From NCBI GenBank assembly GCA_002189035.1, contig CM007992.1, forward strand, positions 3,658,001-3,722,000: DNA of 64,000 bases, read 5' to 3'. Made by a program: the position numbers and the translations under genes. The notes beneath the pieces are model-generated. The model was not told the DNA's origin, ran no database searches, and worked only from the letters and a program-made list of their open reading frames with translations. This document shows, piece after piece, positions 1 through 11,656 of this stretch (positions within the stretch are counted from its first letter, which is position 1; each line of letters opens with the position of its first letter). The DNA is from Utricularia gibba. Its lineage: Eukaryota > Plantae > Magnoliophyta.

Positions 1-203
1 TGCGTGGGGCGATGAAGGGTCTGGGAACCGATGAACGGACTCTAACCCGCGTGATCGTTACTCAAGCTGAGTCCAATATGCTGAAGATCAAGGAGGAGTA
101 TTACAAAAGGAACAGCACTCCCCTGGAGAAAGCTCTCGCCGGCGACACTTCCGGCGATTACCAGAAACTGCTTATTGTCTTGGTGGCACAGCATGATGCT
201 TGA
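1..203 (+). CDS. ANN: Annexin, last exon (gene begins upstream of the window)
   Basis: Translation (R)GAMKGLGTDERTLTRVIVTQAE...LEKALAGDTSGDYQKLL contains the annexin repeat-4 endonexin motif KGxGTDE and the GDTSGDY C-terminal motif; stop TGA at 201-203. Confidence 0.92.
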   Translation, partial: RGAMKGLGTDERTLTRVIVTQAESNMLKIKEEYYKRNSTPLEKALAGDTSGDYQKLLIVLVAQHDA

Positions 204-390
204 ACCATCCCCCTGATTCCATCATTACACATAATTTAACACCATGGGTTCTCGTTTCAAAGCTTACCCATCTGAACTAGACAACCAATTACACCAAATT
301 CAAAACTTTGCAGTACTGCAGAGAACGTAAAATTACAGTTGATTGATATTTGAAATTGAAGGTTACAAAAAAAGTAAAAAAAAAAAAGAT

Positions 391-1557
391 TCAATTTTTT
401 TTACCATCGTCTTCCCCGCCTTCAAAATAACACTTCCTCCCACGATCAAGTCTCCCCAGAAGGCAAATCAGAACGAAAGACGCGGCGTAGAGCGCGTGAG
501 CTTTCCAGCTCGTCCTCGGCGGCTGCCGCAGGATGGCTCTGTGGAACACCGTCACGTAATAATGAAGTCCCACTGCAAATCCCACAAAAGTGTACCCCAG
601 GCTCAGCAACCTCGTCCCCAACCCAGTTTCCGTGGAGAAAACCAGGACCAGGTACATCAGGAGAAGCAGGAGATACAGCACGTAGGACAGCGTCTGCAGC
701 ACTTGAACGGCGACGTAGGTGGACTGGGCAGACGTGCAGAAGAATCGGAGCGGCTCTAATCCCGTGATTAAGGAGGATAAACAGAGGATTGAGAAGTAAA
801 TCGCGAGGTAAACCTGGATGAAGATGAGCATCTTCTGCAAGGAAAAATGCGCTTTGATTCGATTGAAGATTAGGGTTACGAGTACGAGGGGGATGAGTAT
901 GAATGCCAAGGAGACGATCGAAGCGATTGTGGATGCGTATTTGTTGCCGACGTAGGGTTTGAAGCCTTTCGCGAACTGTTTGCTGTATCTGTTGAGGTAT
1001 GATTTTGAGGTTTTCGAAATTCTCTGCAAATCTGGAACTATTGTTTGTTGGAATCTGGCTGGGAGTTCCCTGATCTCTGCAACGAGATCATCGTCTTCAT
1101 CATTTGGTGAGATGGGCTGCTGCTTTTTCTGCACTTTCTTGACACTGGTTTTGAAATTGGTCTTTGCCTCCTCCGATTTGGCCGTCTTGTTCATGGCTGC
1201 TAGATCTGTAGAAGTATCCAGAACTGAAGCTTTTGCAGTTGGTTTGGAGGTGGAGTTGAATTTCTTGAGCTTGGGTTTGAGTAACGGTGTTTCGGGATGG
1301 ATGGTTGTGTTTCTGGGCGGTACGTGGGATTTCAAGATGTTGGTCTGGTTCTTGATGGAACCAAGCCTGTTGCTGCTGGCGATGGTTTTTGTCCGGTCTA
1401 CCTTCTTCTTGATATCCATAGGCTTCTCCTCTTCACCTTCATCAGTCTGCAGCAAATGCCGATTCTGTAAATGGGAAGCAGAGATCACCCCAGAATTGAT
1501 CACAAGGAGAAGCAAGAGCAGTAAACTCCAGGGGCCTTTTGGGAGTGAAGAAGCCAT
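391..1557 (-). CDS. Uncharacterised plant multi-pass membrane protein, single exon
   Basis: 388-aa ORF: N-terminal signal-like hydrophobic stretch, K/T/S-rich low-complexity region, then several hydrophobic helices (IASIVSLAFILIPLVLV; IFIQVYLAIYFSILCL; YVLYLLLLLMYLVLVF). Family not named from memory. Confidence 0.85.
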   Translation of the reverse strand: MASSLPKGPWSLLLLLLLVINSGVISASHLQNRHLLQTDEGEEEKPMDIKKKVDRTKTIASSNRLGSIKNQTNILKSHVPPRNTTIHPETPLLKPKLKKFNSTSKPTAKASVLDTSTDLAAMNKTAKSEEAKTNFKTSVKKVQKKQQPISPNDEDDDLVAEIRELPARFQQTIVPDLQRISKTSKSYLNRYSKQFAKGFKPYVGNKYASTIASIVSLAFILIPLVLVTLIFNRIKAHFSLQKMLIFIQVYLAIYFSILCLSSLITGLEPLRFFCTSAQSTYVAVQVLQTLSYVLYLLLLLMYLVLVFSTETGLGTRLLSLGYTFVGFAVGLHYYVTVFHRAILRQPPRTSWKAHALYAASFVLICLLGRLDRGRKCYFEGGEDDGKKN

Positions 1558-2264
1558 TCGAGCTCTTTATTGAGATCTGAAACAGAGACTGGCCCTGGAA
1601 GTGGAATCAGCAGGGAGAAGAAGAATCACTCAAGTGGAGATTTACAACACGGAGGAGGAAAGGAGTCACTCACTCGGCAACATCAGTGTCCACATAAAGC
1701 AGCAGATGCAGATTCGGATCCAGTCTGAGGTCACATGGTCCAGAGTTTCTCCACTGCACCGCGCAACGCGGTTCCATATTTAATCTCCCTTCTCTCCTGT
1801 AACGAACTACATGCGCCTCTGTCGGTTGCAAACACAACAGCCATCACTGCATAGACCTTGTTATGCTGCCATTAATGCCGAGCTAGCAGCGACACTATGA
1901 AATACAGGGAGAAAGAACCCTCAAAGTATTTTGTACCACTCGTGACGTTACAGTTGGGGGACCTACAACAAAGGCATTTCTTTTTCACTGAACGCCCACT
2001 TGAAAGATTGTCATACGTCGCTTTGCTTGTTTCTTCCCCTGTTTTATGTGATTTTTTTGTCTCTTGTGATTTGTTTTCCATTGTGCACACAGCGCCCTGG
2101 TCAGGAAACAACTGCAAAAGATAGAAACAGATGTATAAAGAAAGAAAGAGATTCAGATAAGAAGCAGAGTTCATGATCAAGAACCAAGAAGTGTTACACC
2201 ATGAACAATAGGAAAAGGTAGGGCTGGTGAAGGAACATTAACATGCAAGAAACAATGTCCAGAG

Positions 2265-3356
2265 TTATATTCTGGTACAAGAAGTATCAAAATCATCAGG
2301 AGCAACTCTAACAATCCAGCTACCAAGTGTTTTCTTCACATCACCATGATTCACATACGCCAACTCATACATGCTACACAAGTTTACAACTAGAGTTTCG
2401 TTTACGGCAAATGTTGGGATCCTCTCCAGTGAACTTTCCAACAGCTTAATTGAGTCTGACAAGTCCCTTGAGTACATCAAGCATATGGCCTTGTTGTTGA
2501 TTGCCACATAGTCAGTTTCAATCCTCTGAATACAGGAATCGTACTCTCTTGCAGCAGACAGGTAATCTTTCTCCACCAAAAACATCAATGCTTTATTCCT
2601 ACCCACCAAGTTTTGAAGCTCCATGTCATCACTCTTACCATCCAATACCATTTTTTCGGCAAGCTTAAAGCTTCTCCCTGCTCCTTCAACATCCCCGTAC
2701 TGCATTTGTATGTACCCTAGTTTCGAGATAAGCAATGGATCACCGCCTGTCTCATTTATCTCTGCTTTCAACAAAGTCAGACATAATTTATACTCCTTCT
2801 GACTCAGATGGTGACTGATGATCGTGTTCAACACCAATATCTCACGCTTCTTCCACAATCCAGATGACACTTCAGAAGAAGCACTATCAGATTTCAACTT
2901 TCTTTCCCGGACAAAGTTCAGAAGGGTATAAAGGCGATCTAGGGACAACTGGCGATTACCTAGTGTGAATGGCAAATGAGCGTGCAGCCAACGAAGAGCG
3001 AAGGGTACCATAGATCCAGGCCGGTGATTCGGGTAATGATCCGGAAATGATTCATACAAGTATTGATCGGAATCGAGATCATCTTCTACTGTCTGAAGCT
3101 CTTCTTGCGCCTCAGAGAAACGGCAAAGTTTAACGAGAGCAAGAAGATTGAAGACTAGATATATTACACGTTCATGCGGCTTGGAGAGGAGCGACAGCGA
3201 ACGTGCACGTGCCACCTTGTCAATGATCGTCCTCCAGGAACCACGGCAAGCAAGCTCCTGTAGTGTAGATAGTTCAAGGCAGTGGGAGTTGATCGTGGAG
3301 TACGGACTAAGTGGGTCATCCACCGGTGCGTCAAGGGAGTACAATGGCGTCTCCAT
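2265..3356 (-). CDS. TRAPPC12: Trafficking protein particle complex subunit 12-like (TPR-containing)
   Basis: 363-aa uninterrupted ORF; motifs LQELACRGSW, SMVPFALRWLHA, TPR-like C-terminal half ending VAINNKAICLMYSRDL...LVVNLCSMYEL...DDFDTSC match my recollection of plant TRAPPC12. Confidence 0.8.
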   Translation of the reverse strand: METPLYSLDAPVDDPLSPYSTINSHCLELSTLQELACRGSWRTIIDKVARARSLSLLSKPHERVIYLVFNLLALVKLCRFSEAQEELQTVEDDLDSDQYLYESFPDHYPNHRPGSMVPFALRWLHAHLPFTLGNRQLSLDRLYTLLNFVRERKLKSDSASSEVSSGLWKKREILVLNTIISHHLSQKEYKLCLTLLKAEINETGGDPLLISKLGYIQMQYGDVEGAGRSFKLAEKMVLDGKSDDMELQNLVGRNKALMFLVEKDYLSAAREYDSCIQRIETDYVAINNKAICLMYSRDLSDSIKLLESSLERIPTFAVNETLVVNLCSMYELAYVNHGDVKKTLGSWIVRVAPDDFDTSCTRI

Positions 3357-3968
3357 TATCTATTACCCTCTTTGAAGCTGGATTTCTAGCATCTCCTACA
3401 ACATCAAGAATTAGATTAGACAGAAGGGGTTATTGCATTAGAATGCTGCCGTTCAGACAATACTTGGAGTCTTCATAAAAGCGAACATAATGAAAAATCG
3501 CATCTAACGAACTACGATAACATAAATCGAATCATTCAACTTCTACTCGAATGCTCCTTGTGAACATCAAACTGCCCTACCCAATCCAGCATTCCCCAAA
3601 TCTCAACGTGTAAAAACCTGAAAACTTTAAGCTGCAGAATCGAAAATAAAATCATCGGTACACAGGACTAGAAAACGAGATAATGCCCAGTATCTCACAA
3701 CAACGTTTTCCACATCGAAAATCAACATCCTAATCGCTGTCGGAGAGGATCACACACAACCTGACGGCTCAATGAAATCTACTTTTCAAGCCTCGCGCAT
3801 TAATCATCAATAGGCGGAATGGAGCCCGTGCCGAAATCCGGGGAGGAAAATGAATCTTCACCACAAGATTTTGCTTTACGGTGCCCTAATTGTAACCTTG
3901 AAGAGGAATAGCTTCCACACCGCAGACAAGTACTGTACGACCCCAATTTAGTTAACGGGCCACATTGA

Positions 3969-3997
3969 TGGGCCCAACGGCCTACCTATATTGGGCC
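3969..3997. promoter_or_regulatory. Site II (TGGGCY) motif cluster upstream of TRAPPC12
   Basis: TGGGCCCA at 3969-3976 and TGGGCC at 3992-3997, in the short spacer 5' of the minus-strand TRAPPC12 gene. Confidence 0.5.
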
Positions 3998-4320
3998 ACA
4001 AGCAGTCTGGACCGTCCAGCACAAAAAAACACCCCCAATGATGTATAATAAACATTTTATTTCGATAATTTAATACCAAATCGATTAAATCATTTTATAT
4101 ATATTGAAAAATACAAATTATTATTTAAATAGATTAAATTCATTTTTATACAGATTCTGTAAAAATGGCACAGAAAACATTGTTGATGATGATAATGACA
4201 CACTAAAACTTGGGGTTATTTAGAAAAGTAGTTATACGATACTATAATCAAAATTTTACATATACGATGAACACTTTTATTACACACTTAAAAAACCGTA
4301 GTCATTTTTGTAATACATTA

Positions 4321-6743
<2,423 letters not shown>

Positions 6744-7854
6744 CGTCACCTAAGAATGAATGAATAACCAAACCACCCGTCAAACCAAGGTCTTTTACCA
6801 CAGAAATGGACTCGTGCGTTTTGGTAGGCGTTGAACTTGGAGACCGTTGTTAGGTGGGTGCTGCTGACCGGAGATGGGTTGGTGAACTCTGAGTTGAATC
6901 AATTGAAGATTGCCACTACACCGACGTTTTGTTTCTGGGCCATGGGCGGCCTCTTCGTTTTAATCCGCCTGAAATAAGATCTTCAGTCCATGCTGTCAGC
7001 CCATCCCCATTCCGTTTTAATTCATTCGGAGGCGGTCGATGGCGAACCCGAACCCGAACCCGACAATTGTAGAGTGCGCAAGCTCCTCCCTCGATGCCGG
7101 GGAGGAGGGGTTCGGGTGCACTCGAAGAAAGGAAGATGTGTGGTTCAAAATAACCAGCTGTTGTTCGTGGGTTTCCGAGGCGACGACTTAATGCGTGTGC
7201 CATTTACACAAGTACAGATGAAAAGCACTTGGAGACGTGGGTGGATGATATGTCCTTCCAGAAAGAAGATGGGAAATTGTAAGGAAGGCCCCTCCTGCAA
7301 TTGGAGTAAATGGATTCCAACTCCCGCATCAACCAAATGGTGAGCTGGACTGTAAAGAAAGGCTTTTGTGCTCGAGCCCCTTTTAGATACCACTAAATGC
7401 ATAGATTTGTAGATCAAGATTCGAGAACAATCATCCACTTGAGCACCAGAATCCGATGAGCTCTCAGGCCATGAGCATCAGAGTCTGGTAAGCTCCTCAG
7501 CTTTTTAAGAGCGAGACAACGCGTGGTAGACGAAAACGGGTTTGGTCCCGATACAGATGCCCCGTGGAACCATCAAAACCACTTTCCGGTTCCCTTTTCA
7601 CTTCCAGGGCCCCGGCGAAAACGAGGCCAACACCGGTGGGCAAACGGCAATGTAGGAGGAGCTGAGCCTGAGACATAAGTTAATATGGTGGAAAGTACAA
7701 TTCCGCCCCTGGGGAGTGAGGGGATGGGAAAATGGAGCAGGGGCACTTTCGTCACATAAGTTATACAGGAATAGGTAGGTGGCTAGCCTAGGGCATGTAC
7801 AGACAAAGGGAAAAGGGACGATGATGGGTACAAAACATGACACGCTTTTCCTTT

Positions 7855-9784
7855 TTATTGGGCTCCCAGCTCCGGCTCCAGTGTCACCTTTATTTCTTGG
7901 ACTCTTCTCCTCAGCCTGTACTGCCTCCGGAGCGACAGCCGCCGCCACTCCACCAGCCGCCGGAGAAACGCCATCACCTCCGCTGGCTCTTGCAGCGAGT
8001 ACGATGCGTACGTGTCCTTTGGAGTTTTCGACACTAGAATCCCGGATCCGCATCCTCTCCTTCGTAGGACCTGAAATTACTGAGACACTCACTCTTTGTT
8101 TCACTATCCGAGGCAATATTGTGAATGTATTTTTTTACCTTAAACGCGTCCTCATCCGTGCGATCGTCTCCGATGTAGATCGGAAACACATCGGCGTCGT
8201 TGCCGTAGCCTGTATGGATAGAGCTGACGTCAGATTTAAGCTCCGAGTTTGAAAAAGAGGAAAAAATTATATTACCCAGCGATTGCAGAAGGAATTCTAG
8301 GGCTTTGCCTTTGTCCCATTTGATAGTGGGACGAATCTCGAGTACCTGAATTGGGGATTGGGTAGAGACAAAAGTGGGGATCAGATTCTGAAGCGTGGAA
8401 GGTACAATTGTTCATCCATGAGGTATTAGTCATTACAGCTTGTTTAGACAGAGAGACAAACCTTTCTCCCATGGGTCACTCTTAGGCACGGGTATCCCTC
8501 TAACACGGATGCCACTTGCTTCGTGAGCTCAATCCATTTCTGCAACATGGGTTTTAGTCAGATCAGAGCCATTGATGCTCCACGAGAACCTGAGTTGTAC
8601 CTTTTCATCTACACACCGGAAATGAACAGAGACGCAGAATTTGTTGTTCTCCACCAACGCTCCTGGAGTAGATTTAACAGCTTCACGAAGTGAGTTGTAA
8701 ACCTGGAAGAATGGATTTCAAAGACAGTGAACAAAAGGTTTGTCTGTGTGGATCTAAAACACACGGAAAGAAGAAAGTGGCGCACTTGGTCAATAATTGG
8801 AAGGTATTCACTTGCAGGCTGGAAAGGAACAGCTTCAGACACCTGCAATGAAAAGAAAGGTTTTTTTTTTAATTTCTTTCTGATTAACACTGCTGCTGCT
8901 GCATTAGGAAACTGCAAATAAAACTGATTGAAGAAGGAAAACCGGGCTCACTTTTTTGTCATATTTGAAAACTTTTGACGGGCCTTGTATGTCCATGCCA
9001 TGGCTTCCAGCGTAGTAGAGTTCTTCAAGACGAACAAAGCTGTACACCTGGGAAAAAGTCCGTGAGCAAAAAATGGATGGATAGGAAGGTAGGTAGATGT
9101 CTGGTGTGAAGGGAATACCTTATCCCTGCATCTGCCGCTGACTATGGCGGAAGGGAAATATCTAGCCAGCTTCCTCACTGTTTCCCTCATCTGCGAAAGA
9201 GTTAATATGCTCAACAATGGGAGTCAAAAGGGATGAGACGAAATTATGGAGAAAAGACAAAGGAAAGTGTACAAACCCCTTCAGACATGAAAGCCCGATC
9301 TGGGTCGTCTACTATGGGCGAAAGAGTGCCATCGTAGTCCAGAAACATGACTATCTGCTTTCCCTTTGACGAGTTGGTAATTTCGTCGAACATGTCCAGC
9401 GCAGATGGCTGCTGCTGCTGCTGCTGTTTCCATCCCCACAACGTCAATAGATTGAAACTAGAAGGAAAGCTAATATATGCCCATGTCTGCACGTAATGAT
9501 ACGGACGCCAGATCATTAATGTTGCAAAAAACGAAGCTTACAGGCCAAGTCTTCTGGGAATCCTGAAGCGCTAGGGATTTGGCATGGGTCGGCGATGAAG
9601 CTCTTAGCGAATCCACCCAAGCGTTGATTCTATTCTCGCTACTCATATCCAGGGTCTGCACAAGCTTCCTCTTCGAAAAAGTGATGTAAGTCCCCGGAAT
9701 CGCCGGCGGCAGAGACGAGCCAGCAACAGCCACCGCTATAATTTCCGATCTCGCATCCGTAACCACCACATTCGGGTTAGTCAT
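7855..9784 (-). CDS. TPP: Trehalose-6-phosphate phosphatase (class III TPP), 10 exons
   Basis: MTNPNVVV..., [14 protein letters not shown] motif [90 protein letters not shown]; stop TAA at 7855-7857. Confidence 0.93.
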
Positions 9785-10402
9785 GTTTTCAGGTTCCCTG
9801 CATAAAAACACCCCAAGAATCATCACCCACACCATTTTACAGAATTCACGATACCACAGAGCAAGAAGGAAAAGCCTTTACGTGAAAACAGAGTGCTCTG
9901 TTTCCGATAAATGGACTCCACAATGTGCCCGGGAGACGCAAAGGGTATTACTATTATTCTGTGCGTTGTTACTTGGAACGAATGCGAGAAAGATCTGCAG
10001 CAATTGGCTTCCTTTTATAGCTGCAGCCTCCTCCCTCCGTACCGTTTGCGGTGGCGTTTGGCTCTGGGGAGGGTCGTCGCCCCCCGCCCCCATCAGTGGG
10101 CCCCACTTTCAGTATCTTTAAAGTGTTCGTTCCCCTCGGCAAATGGCACCTAACCCCTGTTAATTATTAATATACAAAAGTAATTGAAATAATACTAGTA
10201 TACAGTTTATTTGAATATTTTTGAAAATAAAAAATATTTTGAAATAGTATCAAACTGAGTTATTAATCTTTAAAATAATGAATTATTTTCATATTAATTC
10301 CTCCCCGGATGAGTTTATTTGGGTGGGGAATCGCTGACGTGGCAGTTTGTATGGCTGTGCATCTGGAATCTCAGTATGCTCCACGACAACCCCATGCCCG
10401 GC

Positions 10403-10444
10403 CACGTGAGGGGAGGAGGGGGGCGCCATGGTGCCATACACGTG
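10403..10444. promoter_or_regulatory. Paired G-box/ABRE (CACGTG) upstream of TPP
   Basis: GCCACGTG (core 10403-10408) and ACACGTGCC (core 10439-10444) in a GC-rich island about 0.65 kb 5' of the TPP ATG. Confidence 0.45.
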
Positions 10445-11420
10445 CCACTTCTCGGAACAGCGCCCCGGCGAGCCCCCTGTTTTGGGCATCTTTTTGGTTC
10501 CGGTGGGTCGGAAAAACAATTCCCAAAAATGGAAGGGCAAAACTGATGTACACCCTATTTCCCGAATTAGCAGTTCCCTCCCCTGACTTGGAATGTTTTA
10601 TTCGAAACGGCCCATGGTTTTTACTCAATACCACAACCCCCACGCTTCCGTGTAGTGCACTGCAGGGGTCCTTTCGCAAAATTCAAAAAGTCAGGTACCA
10701 TATTTTAAAATATTAATGAACTCCATTTGATACTATATTTTAACATATTTTCATTTTAAAAAAAAGACAAATTAATGATCAATAATTAAGGGAATGGAGC
10801 CGGCACCTTTCATACGCTCACTTTTTATTTTCCATCTGAATAAAATAATAATTATAATAAATGCTCCCTTGGCTCCAATAATAGATGCGGCCGGCCCTTC
10901 TCTATCCTACGCGTCACGTTTTCTGGGAAATAATTGACTTGACCTTCATCAAATCAAATATTAATTTTTACTTTTTTTAAATCCTTTTTTCTTTTTACAA
11001 CAAGTGGACAGTCATACCCATGAGCCTGGATCATGCACATGAACGTATCCACCACACATTTCACAATTCAATTTTCACCATTCTGTATTTATAATTTCAA
11101 GAAAAAAATTATCTTCAAAAATTAATTGAATCTTAAGCACTTTTTCATATTACTTCATTTCTTAACCAATGTAGAATACTTATTCATCTTAGAGACTTAT
11201 GTGAATCCGAATTTAGTTTTAATATCAAATATAAGTCAACACTACTCGAGTATGATCATATCACCACTATTATATAAGATATCATTTACAATTTTAAAAT
11301 TAAGCTTGTTTGAGTGAGAGTGTTGCACTTGTACAAAGGATACGATCATCAATCTTCTAAAAGAAAAAAAAAAGCAACTTCTTTTGGGAAAATTTTTCAT
11401 TCTAATTTCCATTTACTTCT

Positions 11421-11554
11421 CATAGTAATTTCTAGAAATTACTATGTAATAATTTCGAAAAAGGTGTGTGTACCAAAAGAGATCCTTTAGTATAGAAATT
11501 ACTATGTAATAATTTCGAAAAAGGTGTGTGTACCAAAAGAGATCCTTTAGTATA
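11421..11554. repeat. Perfect 26-bp palindrome overlapping an exact 60-bp tandem duplication
   Basis: catagtaatttctagaaattactatg (11421-11446) is its own reverse complement; 11433-11492 is repeated exactly at 11493-11552. Confidence 0.95.
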
Positions 11555-11614
11555 ATGGTTACTAATGGTTTATCTTTTACATTTTTTTTTGGTAAAAATG
11601 AATATTAAAAATGA

Positions 11615-11656
11615 TTTTTTTTTTTTTTTTTTTTTTTTTTGAAGAAGAAGAAGAAG
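11615..11656 (+). repeat. T26 run followed by (GAA)5 microsatellite
   Basis: Directly visible. Confidence 0.9.

Noticed and set aside
343-1573. Plus-strand ORFs of 138 and 204 aa overlapping the membrane-protein gene
   Set aside because: Antisense shadows of the 388-aa minus ORF; no domain features of their own.
7044-7062. (AACCCG)3 as a variant telomere repeat
   Set aside because: Only three units, and they read as NPNPNP after an ATG; too short to call.
7598-8252. 172-aa minus ORF and 157-aa plus ORF near the TPP 3' end
   Set aside because: Alternative frames over the GC-rich last TPP exons; the TPP frame explains the sequence.
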